This document shows, in pieces, positions 36,037 to 44,420 of a stretch of DNA of 63,221 nt (its first letter is position 1; every line of letters starts with the position of its first letter). The stretch spans positions 1 to 63,221 of the forward strand of contig JACNFY010000020.1 in NCBI GenBank assembly GCA_014384375.1, read 5' to 3'. Under the pieces are notes generated by a model. The model had not been told where the DNA came from. It saw only the letters and a list, made by a program, of their open reading frames with translations, and ran no database searches. The position numbers and the translations under genes were made by a program. The DNA is from Nanobdellati archaeon. GTDB taxonomy: Archaea; Nanobdellota; Nanobdellia; Woesearchaeales; GCA-2686295.

Positions 36037-37050
36037 ATGGTACAAGTAACGAAAAAAAGGGTTCATGAAAACAAAGAGTTAGAGAAAGATGTTAAAGAAT
36101 TAAATGAGAAGATTAACAAAGCAAAAGCAGAGATAGGAAAGATACTTATAGGACAGGAAGATATAGTGAATTCACTGTTTGAAGCCCTCCTTGCAAACGG
36201 ACATGTTCTGGTTGAGGGAATACCTGGAACAGGTAAAACCTTGCTTGTAAGAGCCCTGTCAAAAGTCTCAGGTAGTGCATTCTCAAGAATCCAGTTCACA
36301 CCAGACTTGTTACCAACAGATATACTTGGAATCACCACATATGAAGAAGGAAAAGGGTTCTATACAGTGAAAGGACCAATATTCTCAAATTTTGTGTTAG
36401 CAGACGAGATTAATAGGTCACCACCAAAAGTACAGTCAGCACTGCTTGAAGGAATGCAAGAACGCCAAGTAACAATAGGAAAGGAAACATTCAAACTACC
36501 GCATCCGTTCTTAGTCATGGCAACACAGAACCCGATTGAGCAACTAGGAACATACAAGCTACCAGAAGCACAGGTCGACAGATTCATATACAAAGTGATT
36601 ATATCATATCCAAAAACTGATGAAGAATTAAAGATACTTAACACTAATATAACTACCAGAAGATTCGAAGACTACAACTTGATGCCAATATTATCAACTA
36701 TGGAAATAACAAACGCTCAAGAGCTAGTGAAAAAAATATACTGCGATGAAAAGATAGAGAAGTACATAATAAGAATGACAGACGCTACACGCTACCCAGA
36801 AAAATATGGTATTGAAACAGGGAAATATATCGAATATGGTGCATCGCCGAGATCAAGCATAAGTCTATTCATAGCTTCAAAAGCACACGCGCTTCTAAAA
36901 AAAAGGTCCTATGTTACACAACAAGATGTGAAAGACATAGCATACAATGTATTGAGGCATAGAATACTCGTGAACTTTGAGGGAGAAGCAGAGAATATAA
37001 AACCAGAGGACATAATAAAAGAAGTACTGAATAAAGCACCTATACTCTAA
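36037..37050 (+). CDS. MoxR-family AAA+ ATPase
   Basis: Walker A GIPGTGKT, Walker B LADEINR, and ATQNPIE..GTY.LPEAQ.DRF typical of AAA_3/MoxR. Confidence 0.9.
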   Translation: MVQVTKKRVHENKELEKDVKELNEKINKAKAEIGKILIGQEDIVNSLFEALLANGHVLVEGIPGTGKTLLVRALSKVSGSAFSRIQFTPDLLPTDILGITTYEEGKGFYTVKGPIFSNFVLADEINRSPPKVQSALLEGMQERQVTIGKETFKLPHPFLVMATQNPIEQLGTYKLPEAQVDRFIYKVIISYPKTDEELKILNTNITTRRFEDYNLMPILSTMEITNAQELVKKIYCDEKIEKYIIRMTDATRYPEKYGIETGKYIEYGASPRSSISLFIASKAHALLKKRSYVTQQDVKDIAYNVLRHRILVNFEGEAENIKPEDIIKEVLNKAPIL

Positions 37051-37053
37051 AAA

Positions 37054-37962
37054 ATGGTTGTAAAAGAGTTGAAGCTAGACTTTCTAGGTAAAATAAAGAA
37101 GCCTGAATTTCAGGTAAGGAGGAAAATGCTAAGCAAAATCCTAGAAGGAGAACTAGCTGCCTCTTCAAAAGGAAGAGGAATTGAGTTCACAGGTTTCAGA
37201 AAATATGTTTATGGAGATGACGCAAGTCTGATTGATTGGTCAGCAACTCTTAGAGCAAAAGAAACTCTTATAAGAGAATATGAGGAGTATAGAAACTTCC
37301 AGATATACTTGTTATTCGATGTCAGCGATAGCATGTTATTCTCGTCAACAGAGAAGCTAAAATGTGAATATGCAGCAGAACTTGTATTCTCAATAGTCTA
37401 TTCAGTAGTGAACACCGGTAACAAGGTAGGAATGGGCATGTTCACAAACAATCTGATAACAAAGAATATCCCTCAAAGCGGCACAAAAAATTATTACAGG
37501 ATACTTCAGGATTTGACAAATCCGGAGAATTACGGAGGAGCATTTAACATCAAAAAAGTCCTTATGGAAACAAGAGCCTTGCTAGGAGAGAAAAGCCTCA
37601 TAGTCATAGTATCCGACTTCATAGGAATGGAAGAGGGATGGGATCGCTATGTAAGGATGCTTTCAACCAACTTTGATATCCTTGGAATAATGGTGAGAGA
37701 CCCAAGAGATAGGGAAATACCTGAAGACGCAGGACAGTTCCTTCTAGAAGACCCATACACAGGGGAAAGACTGCGAATAGACACAAAGGACTACGCAAAA
37801 TTATACAAAGAAATGGCAGCAAAAGAGGAAGAAGAAATAAAACAAGGATTTCAAACAGCGAAAGCAGGATTCATATCAGTAGCCACAGATGAAGACTTTC
37901 TCAAACCACTGCTGAAATATATCCGACTAAGAGCTAAAATAATTATGAAAATGAGAGAATAG
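37054..37962 (+). CDS. DUF58 domain protein (MoxR partner)
   Basis: YVYGDDASLIDWSATLR motif and the conserved position after moxR. Confidence 0.85.
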   Translation: MVVKELKLDFLGKIKKPEFQVRRKMLSKILEGELAASSKGRGIEFTGFRKYVYGDDASLIDWSATLRAKETLIREYEEYRNFQIYLLFDVSDSMLFSSTEKLKCEYAAELVFSIVYSVVNTGNKVGMGMFTNNLITKNIPQSGTKNYYRILQDLTNPENYGGAFNIKKVLMETRALLGEKSLIVIVSDFIGMEEGWDRYVRMLSTNFDILGIMVRDPRDREIPEDAGQFLLEDPYTGERLRIDTKDYAKLYKEMAAKEEEEIKQGFQTAKAGFISVATDEDFLKPLLKYIRLRAKIIMKMRE

Positions 37963-38050
37963 GTGAAATTTTGGCTGAAATAACAAAAATCAAAAAAAGA
38001 TTTTTGGATTCCAGCCAAAATTTTGAGGTGAATTTTTGGCTGAAATAACA
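37961..38050 (+). promoter_or_regulatory. Duplicated SD-plus-TTG-start segment with an intervening antisense segment; candidate translational control element with a 25-codon uORF
   Basis: AGGTGAAATTTTGGCTGAAATAACA (37961-37985) and AGGTGAATTTTTGGCTGAAATAACA (38026-38050) match 24/25. CAGCCAAAATTT (38012-38023) is complementary to both. Confidence 0.35.
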
Positions 38051-38998
38051 TTCAACAACCCAACATATCTATGGTTTCTCCTAAGCATACCTCTAATGAT
38101 AATAACACACTTCTACCTTCTAAGACATTCTAAGAAAAAAGCCTTGAAGTTTGCGAACTTTGAGACAATAAAGAGAGTCACAGGCAAAGGTTTACTGACG
38201 AAGAATTTAACAGTTCTAATCACAAGAACACTGATACTTTTATTTGTTATCTTCGGAGTGTCAGGATCAGTCTTCTGGTATGAAGGAGAAAGCAACAAGA
38301 ACAACTTCGTCATAGCAATAGATACCAGTGCCTCAATGACTGCAGAAGACTTGTATCCTTCAAGACTTGAAGCAGCAAAGGACCATGCAACAAAGTTCGT
38401 TGATTTGCTAAGATCAGATGCAAAGATAGGACTGGTTACATTCTCAGGAGTCACATTCATAAACAAACTACCTACGAGGAATAGGCTTGATATAAAAAAT
38501 TCTATAGAAGAGATAATTATCGCCAAAGCAGGAGGAACAGATATTCCGGGAGCAATAATCACATCATCAAACCTTCTTGCAGATTCAGAGAAAGGAAAAA
38601 CCGTCATCCTGATAACAGATGGTAGCAGCACTATAGGAAGATTTATTGAGGACTCAATAGTGGAAAGCATAGCATATGCGCAGGACAATCACGTCATAAT
38701 CCATACTATAGGAACAGGAACTGAAAGTGAGCAACCAATAGGCTACATACCGAAATATTATAATATAAGCACTGTATATAATGAGAGGAATCTTCAAGAA
38801 ATAAGCAATCTCACAAGCGGAAGGTACTACCATGCAGCTGATAACCAAAAACTAATAGAAGCCTTCAAAGAGATTTCAGAAGACGCAGACAAAGCATTGC
38901 TACACACAAACCTCACCCCCGGGCTCATGCTGATAGCAATGGTTGTGTTATTCATCGAATGGGGTCTTATCAACATGAGGTTTAAGAAACTACCATGA
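38036..38998 (+). CDS. vWA-domain membrane protein (BatA-like)
   Basis: TTG start after GAGGTGA. N-terminal ITFNNPTYLWFLLSIPLMII, as in the BatA family. MIDAS motif IAIDTSASM. C-terminal TM. Confidence 0.8.
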   Translation: MAEITFNNPTYLWFLLSIPLMIITHFYLLRHSKKKALKFANFETIKRVTGKGLLTKNLTVLITRTLILLFVIFGVSGSVFWYEGESNKNNFVIAIDTSASMTAEDLYPSRLEAAKDHATKFVDLLRSDAKIGLVTFSGVTFINKLPTRNRLDIKNSIEEIIIAKAGGTDIPGAIITSSNLLADSEKGKTVILITDGSSTIGRFIEDSIVESIAYAQDNHVIIHTIGTGTESEQPIGYIPKYYNISTVYNERNLQEISNLTSGRYYHAADNQKLIEAFKEISEDADKALLHTNLTPGLMLIAMVVLFIEWGLINMRFKKLP

Positions 38999-39408
38999 TT
39001 GGAAAAATTGTAACAAGCATTGTTTTGGCATTCCTAGTAGCCCAGACATCAAAATTCATAATAAACCACAAAAAAAGTGGTAGATGGAACCTCTCATCCT
39101 ACTTGCAGAATGGTGGAATGCCATCATCACACACAGCCACAGCTATTGCTTTGACAACGAGCATGCTAATAGAGACAGGGTTATCATACTACTTCGTGAT
39201 TTGTGCCTTATTCTCGTTAATTGTGATGAACGACGCTATGATAGTTAGAAGAGAAACAGGTGAAGAAGCAGAAGTGCTCAACATTGTGATGGAAAAAGAT
39301 AACATACTTCATCATAAACTAATAGAGAGAGTCGGTCATACACCACTACAGGTTGCAGTTGGATTTGTGGTCGGAGTGGTCTGCGCTCTAATTGTGTACG
39401 CTTTCTAA
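38995..39408 (+). CDS. DUF212 (divergent PAP2 / acid phosphatase-related) membrane protein
   Basis: GGMPSSHTA motif. 4-nt overlap with the previous gene. Confidence 0.7.
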   Translation: MIGKIVTSIVLAFLVAQTSKFIINHKKSGRWNLSSYLQNGGMPSSHTATAIALTTSMLIETGLSYYFVICALFSLIVMNDAMIVRRETGEEAEVLNIVMEKDNILHHKLIERVGHTPLQVAVGFVVGVVCALIVYAF

Positions 39409-39446
39409 GAAAATTTTTTAAAGACACAAAAAGTCTCAACAAACAT

Positions 39447-39531
39447 GCCCCCGTAGCATAGTAGCTATTGCGGCAGACTTGTAGCTCAGCAAGATATCTG
39501 CAGGTCGCGGGTGCAATTCCCGTCGGGGGCT
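39447..39531 (+). tRNA. tRNA-Thr (anticodon UGU) with a ~12-nt intron after position 37
   Basis: Acceptor GCCCCCG/CGGGGGC, discriminator U. Anticodon stem GCAGA/TCTGC with loop CT-TGT-A[gctcagcaagat]A. The intron CAAG pairs with CTTG of the anticodon loop. T-arm GCGGG-TGCAATT-CCCGT. 73 nt after intron removal. Confidence 0.75.
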
Positions 39532-40403
39532 TACTTTACTTCTATATTCAAAGATTTTAACAAATCAATAATCTCTTTCGGAGTTCTAGTATCCCCTAAA
39601 TCAAACTGCTTTAAGACTTCTTCAGAACCTTTATGAATTGTTCTGCCGCCAGGAAAAGTCACTCCTCCAGTTCCAATATATTCAGTCAAAGAAAATAAAG
39701 CATCACGATGCCTTTCCCTTCCACTCAGAGCTATAGAAACACCCGACAAGGCAATGCGAATCTGAGAAGTAATTTTATATAACTCTTCAGAAGAGATATT
39801 TGCTTGATTCAAGGCAGGTACTGAAACTATCACATTCACTCCTTTATCTTGCAAATTTTCTGTGTGTTTACAAAGCTCTTCAACCTCAAATGTGTAATTT
39901 TTATTTAGTCCGAATAAAGCACCTATACCAATATTACTAAAACCTGCTTCAATAGCTTCATCAATTTTCTGCAATCTTAAGTCATAATCATTTTTCAAAG
40001 GACTTTTCTTATGCAGTTTTCCATATAGCTCTCTATTATAAGTTTCTTGAAAGAGAACAAAATGATCTGAACCAATATCATGGAGTTCCTTTAGTGTTTC
40101 ATAGGATAGATTCTCAAACTCTATCCAAGGAATCAAATTCTCTTCAACAGCTGTTTCAGTGCTTGCAAGAATCAAATCTTTATAGTCTCCTTCTGGTAAC
40201 GTTCCGCCTATGATTATCGCGTTTCTAACTCCTGATTCTCTTATTGCAATGGCTTCTTCTCTAATTTCATTCTCTGTTAGAGTAATCCTTTCTAAATTAT
40301 CATTGCTCTTTCTAAAACCACAGTAACCACAGTCATTAATGCATTCGTTTGTTATATACAAACATGTGTATAACGTTGCAATATTCCTTTCTATATTTGT
40401 CAT
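39531..40403 (-). CDS. ThiH/HydG-like radical SAM enzyme (tyrosine-lyase family), N-terminally short
   Basis: LYITNECINDCGYCGF, VLFQETYNRELYGKLH..SPLKNDYDLRL, GIGALFGL, and the C-terminal ALSGRERHRDALF ... GGVTFPGG ... QFDLGDTR pattern as in ThiH. Confidence 0.65.
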   Translation of the reverse strand: MTNIERNIATLYTCLYITNECINDCGYCGFRKSNDNLERITLTENEIREEAIAIRESGVRNAIIIGGTLPEGDYKDLILASTETAVEENLIPWIEFENLSYETLKELHDIGSDHFVLFQETYNRELYGKLHKKSPLKNDYDLRLQKIDEAIEAGFSNIGIGALFGLNKNYTFEVEELCKHTENLQDKGVNVIVSVPALNQANISSEELYKITSQIRIALSGVSIALSGRERHRDALFSLTEYIGTGGVTFPGGRTIHKGSEEVLKQFDLGDTRTPKEIIDLLKSLNIEVK

Positions 40404-40590
40404 TATCCTAAAACCCTCTCATTAAAATCACAGAATTCTTAGCAGCAATGAAACTCATAAGTAACCGAGCTTCTTCAACTTTGATTTGATTGACATTCTT
40501 ATCAACTGAAGGTAATCAAAACAAATATATAAAGATAAGTTGTCATATTATACGACAACCTTTATAAAAAACAAAGACTTACTAAGAACA

Positions 40591-41289
40591 ATGCTTGAGA
40601 AATTACAGAAAATAGGATTATCTGAGAAAGAATCTCACATCTATTTGGCGCTTGTTAAATCAGGAGAATCAACCGCTAATAAAATAGCTAAACAAACAGC
40701 AACGAACAGGACAGTAACTTACAATGTCTTGCAACAATTAGTAGAGAAAGGTTTAGTAACCTATATTCACAAGGACAAGATAAGGCTATATGTAGTTGCA
40801 AAACCAGAAGCACTACTATCATCAATCAAAGAGAAAGAAACTCTAGCAAAAGATTTAATCTCAGAAATAAACAAAATAAAAGTAACTCCCCAAAGTTTCA
40901 AAAATGTAGCAATATACGAAGGATTAGAAGGTATGAAAGTAATCTTCGATGAGATAAGAAGATCAGATGATTTGAGAGTTATCAATGCAACAGGATTAAT
41001 CTTTGAATACCTAAAATATAGTGCAGGACACATAGTGAAAGACATAGAACTATACGGGAATACAAAGGTAATAGCTAATCAATCACTGAAGAAAACACCA
41101 TTAGCAAAATTCAAAATAAATATCAAATATCTGCCAAAAGAAGCAGAGAACTACGCCACAACATTCATCTTCAAAGAAAAAGTTATAATACAAGTTCTGA
41201 AAGACAAGCCATTCCTAATAAAGATAGAAAACAAGGAGATTTATGACGGTTATAAGAAAGACTTCGATGTTTTATGGAGTAAATTATGA
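40591..41289 (+). CDS. TrmB-family transcriptional regulator
   Basis: LEKLQKIGLSEKESHIYLALVKSGESTANKIAKQTATNRTVTYNVLQQLVEKGLV winged helix. ATG at 40591 preferred over the TTG at 40540. Confidence 0.75.
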   Translation: MLEKLQKIGLSEKESHIYLALVKSGESTANKIAKQTATNRTVTYNVLQQLVEKGLVTYIHKDKIRLYVVAKPEALLSSIKEKETLAKDLISEINKIKVTPQSFKNVAIYEGLEGMKVIFDEIRRSDDLRVINATGLIFEYLKYSAGHIVKDIELYGNTKVIANQSLKKTPLAKFKINIKYLPKEAENYATTFIFKEKVIIQVLKDKPFLIKIENKEIYDGYKKDFDVLWSKL

Positions 41290-41364
41290 AATTTCATAAT
41301 CTGGCAGAAACTTATTTTTCAATAAAGGAAAAAATTAAATAATAATAATCCTCATTAACATCTT

Positions 41365-42174
41365 ATGATTGATGAATTATTCTTCAAGCAGGGATTGGCT
41401 CGTAGAAAGTTAAACTTCATATTCTTTGGTTTCATAGTAACAATAGTTGGATTTCTAACGTCTTTGATTCTATTTAACGCTGACTCCTTGGCAACCCTGT
41501 TAGTTATCACCATGCTTTTGATGCCTGTCCTCATGAGATTGTTTCGCAAAGAGGAGGTAATTGTTCGTGAAAAAAGACTCAAAAAGATTTTCGAGAATCA
41601 TAAATTTGTTTTCGAGACTTACTTCTTCTTGTTCTTAGGAATCTTCTTTGCGTTCTTAATCTTACAATTAACTACTATCTACAACCAAGATTTCTTTGCA
41701 ACAGCTTTTGAATTTCAAAGCAGTTGGGTTGTTAAGAATCAGGAAAGCCTAGGAGTTATCGATGATAGTATCTCGGGAGTTATAGTATCCTCTTTAATAA
41801 ACGACCTCCTAATAATGGTGGTGAGCTTTCTATTATCATTCTTTTATGGTAGTGGAGGAATATTCCTGATAATCGCTGCTGCTTCTATTCTATCCACGAC
41901 CCTGATTTACCTGTTGAGATTCTTCGAGTCATTTTTCGGATTTACTTTGTTCTTATTAGCAACCCTCATAATTTATGTCCTTCCGTTGATCTTTGTTTTC
42001 ATAATCACCTCAACTGCAGGGGGTATTCTTTCAAAAGCAGTTATTTCAGAAAAAATATTCGGAAAACATTTCCAAAACGTCTTAAGGGATGCTGTAAGGT
42101 TGTTTATTTACGCGATTGTCCTTTTAGTGGTTATTAACGCTTTGAAATTGTTATTAGCATTATTATTCTTATGA
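41365..42174 (+). CDS. Multi-pass membrane protein (possibly SpoIIM/DUF95-like)
   Basis: Five to six hydrophobic helices. Family call is tentative. Confidence 0.4.
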   Translation: MIDELFFKQGLARRKLNFIFFGFIVTIVGFLTSLILFNADSLATLLVITMLLMPVLMRLFRKEEVIVREKRLKKIFENHKFVFETYFFLFLGIFFAFLILQLTTIYNQDFFATAFEFQSSWVVKNQESLGVIDDSISGVIVSSLINDLLIMVVSFLLSFFYGSGGIFLIIAAASILSTTLIYLLRFFESFFGFTLFLLATLIIYVLPLIFVFIITSTAGGILSKAVISEKIFGKHFQNVLRDAVRLFIYAIVLLVVINALKLLLALLFL

Positions 42175-42175
42175 C

Positions 42176-42418
42176 TCATCCACAAACTGAATTGCACTTA
42201 TCACAAGAATACTCTTGAAAAACACTACAAGTTTTTTGATTTCCTTCTTCATTTGCATACTCACAACATTTCTTCAATTGTTCAGAAGGAATTATAAGCC
42301 TTTCCTCATCTCTGTTATTCAACAAATATTGGTGCAGAGCTTCTGAAAAGAAGACATACGAACCTAATAATATCACTATTACTCCAAGGCCAATTATTAT
42401 CTTAGTATATGATTCCAA
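42176..42418 (-). CDS. Small N-terminally anchored peptide with a C-terminal six-Cys motif (CC-x11-C-x7-C-x2-C-x3-C)
   Basis: TM helix, then HQY, then LKKCCEYANEEGNQKTCSVFQEYSCDKCNSVCG. Overlaps the 3' end of the signal peptidase gene by 17 nt. Paralog at 44054-44323. Confidence 0.6.
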   Translation of the reverse strand: MESYTKIIIGLGVIVILLGSYVFFSEALHQYLLNNRDEERLIIPSEQLKKCCEYANEEGNQKTCSVFQEYSCDKCNSVCG

Positions 42419-42884
42419 CGGTAACCCTCCTTATTTGGTCAAAGCGAACCCTGCCCGGGTCTCTAAAAATATTATTATCTCCTTTTAGATAATAATATGC
42501 ACCTAAATCATCCTCTCCAATAGAGACTACTCTATGAATTATAGTCCCAGTCGCATACTCTGATTCGTATGATACAATATCACCAATATGAACCTCTTCT
42601 TGTTCTATTGGTATTATCTGGATGCTATTTGCGTATTCATCGATTATAGGATCCATAGAATTAGTGTCTATAAACTCAGCCCATTGAGGATTTTTTATAT
42701 CAATAATAACTCTATCATCATAAATATGTACGTTCTCCTCTTTTATATGATCAGAAGGTGACAATCTCTCAGCAGCACTCGAGACCTTAATAGGAATACT
42801 CACTTGATTATGAAATGCGATATTAAGAAGCACGACTATTACTGTTAGCATAGCAAAAATGAATACTAGCGGTAAAACTCTCAT
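42402..42884 (-). CDS. Signal peptidase I, archaeal/Sec11 type (S26B)
   Basis: N-terminal TM. Ser box TNSMDPII, GDIVSY, His box IIHRVV, and LKGDNN..D. Confidence 0.75.
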   Translation of the reverse strand: MRVLPLVFIFAMLTVIVVLLNIAFHNQVSIPIKVSSAAERLSPSDHIKEENVHIYDDRVIIDIKNPQWAEFIDTNSMDPIIDEYANSIQIIPIEQEEVHIGDIVSYESEYATGTIIHRVVSIGEDDLGAYYYLKGDNNIFRDPGRVRFDQIRRVTVGIIY

Positions 42885-42975
42885 AATTACTATCTTAACA
42901 TAGGATATATTTATTTTTTATGAAATTGTTAACTAACGAAAAACTTTAAAACTCGAAGAATCCTTAAAATGTAAA

Positions 42976-43842
42976 ATGATAGACGAAGAAACAAAACTTG
43001 CAATCCTTAATGCTCAGAGAAGTGAAATCACAGAACACTTTATTTACAAGAAACTGGCTAAATCAACAAAAGATTCTAAGAATAGAAAAATACTTGAACA
43101 TATTTCTAATGATGAATTAGGACATTATAGCTTCTGGAAGTCCTACACAAAGAGAGATGTTAATCCAAAGAAATTCATAATATGGCTCTACTATTTTGTT
43201 TCAAAAATATTTGGCTTGACTTTTGGAATAAAACTTATGGAAAGCAGCGAGGATGTTGCTCAGAAGAATTACAACAAAATTGCAAAAGTCATTCCTGAAG
43301 TTGGAAAACTTGAGAAAGAAGAACATGAACACGAAAGAAAATTAATAGCTATGATTAACGAGGAAAAACTACAATATGTAGGTTCAGTTGTTCTTGGCTT
43401 GAACGATGCACTTGTTGAACTTACTGGTGCAATTGCTGGTTTAACATTTGCTTTCCAGAATACGAGGATTGTTGGTGTAGCTGGTTTAATCACTGGAATA
43501 GCAGCTTCTTTCTCTATGGCTGCATCAGAATATTTATCAACAAAGACAGAAGGAGGTAAGAATCCTTTCAAAGCATCTGTTTATACAGGCATAGCTTACA
43601 TATTCACGACTTTATTCCTGATAATCCCATACTTCATATTGAAGAATCATTTCTTTGCTTTGGGGTCGACTCTTGTGAATGCAATTATAATCATATTAAT
43701 ATTTAACTTCTACATCTCTGTTGCAAAGGATTACTCCTTCAAGAAGAGATTCTGGGAGATGGCACTTATCAGCTTAGGTGTAGCTGCTCTATCATTCCTT
43801 ATCGGACTTGGTGTGAGAGCAGTGATTGGAGTTGATATCTAG
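42976..43842 (+). CDS. Er-VIT1 (MbfA-like) iron exporter: ferritin-like/erythrin domain fused to a VIT1/CCC1 membrane domain
   Basis: ExxH pairs (EITEH, DELGH) in the N-terminal four-helix region. C-terminal VIT1 pattern (GLNDALVELTGAIAG ... SMAASEYLS). Confidence 0.8.
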   Translation: MIDEETKLAILNAQRSEITEHFIYKKLAKSTKDSKNRKILEHISNDELGHYSFWKSYTKRDVNPKKFIIWLYYFVSKIFGLTFGIKLMESSEDVAQKNYNKIAKVIPEVGKLEKEEHEHERKLIAMINEEKLQYVGSVVLGLNDALVELTGAIAGLTFAFQNTRIVGVAGLITGIAASFSMAASEYLSTKTEGGKNPFKASVYTGIAYIFTTLFLIIPYFILKNHFFALGSTLVNAIIIILIFNFYISVAKDYSFKKRFWEMALISLGVAALSFLIGLGVRAVIGVDI

Positions 43843-44013
43843 TTTCAGTTATCAGAGTACTCCGAAGGAACTATCCTCCATCGTGTAGTGTCTATATGCA
43901 TTGATGATGAAGGCTTGTATGCAATAATGAAAGACGATAACAACTCAAGAACATATCCTGGAAAGGTAAGATTTAGCCAGATAAAAAGAGTGGTTGTGGG
44001 AATTATTTATTAA
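43843..44013 (+). pseudogene. Remnant of a second signal peptidase I gene (C-terminal ~55 codons only)
   Basis: Translates to QLSEYSEGTILHRVVSICIDDEGLYAIMKDDNNSRTYPGKVRFSQIKRVVVGIIY, colinear with the C-terminus of the 42402-42884 product. No start codon and no Ser box. Confidence 0.6.
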
Positions 44014-44053
44014 AAGAAAAAATTTAAAAAACTTAAAATAATATTTTTTAAGA

Positions 44054-44323
44054 ATGAAAAAAATAATTCTTTACACAGCATTGGCAATAGCCGCTTTATT
44101 AGTTCTAAACATAGAAGTTGATCATCAATATGCTGGATTCAATGATTTATCTGGAAAGGTTATTTTTGAACCAAAAGAAAAAATCGTTAACTATGATGAA
44201 AACATAGAAATCCAAAAGGACGAATTGAAAGAATGCTGCTCATTCACCGACGAAAAAGGTGATGAGAAGTCTTGTTTTGCTCTTGGAAGCTTTAGTTGTG
44301 ATTACTGCAATGCAGTTTGTTGA
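44054..44323 (+). CDS. Small N-terminally anchored peptide with the same six-Cys C-terminal motif; paralog of 42176-42418
   Basis: Signal/TM, HQY, then LKECCSFTDEKGDEKSCFALGSFSCDYCNAVC. Gapless alignment to the paralog. Confidence 0.6.
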   Translation: MKKIILYTALAIAALLVLNIEVDHQYAGFNDLSGKVIFEPKEKIVNYDENIEIQKDELKECCSFTDEKGDEKSCFALGSFSCDYCNAVC

Positions 44324-44420
44324 GTTTCTTTCTCCATCTGGTTTATAAAAATATTATGAAAAAACATTATTTAGCAACACATTTAAATATCTGAGAGATA
44401 CTTAATAATATCAAAAAAAA

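Noticed and set aside
38113-38848. 191-aa and 64-aa minus-strand ORFs
   Set aside because: They are antisense to the vWA gene, whose MIDAS motif and BatA-like termini are unambiguous.
42176-44323. Invertible DNA switch formed by the inverted peptidase/peptide arms
   Set aside because: The arms are only about 60-65 percent identical at the DNA level by eye, and no recombinase is nearby. This is an ancient duplication rather than an active inversion system.
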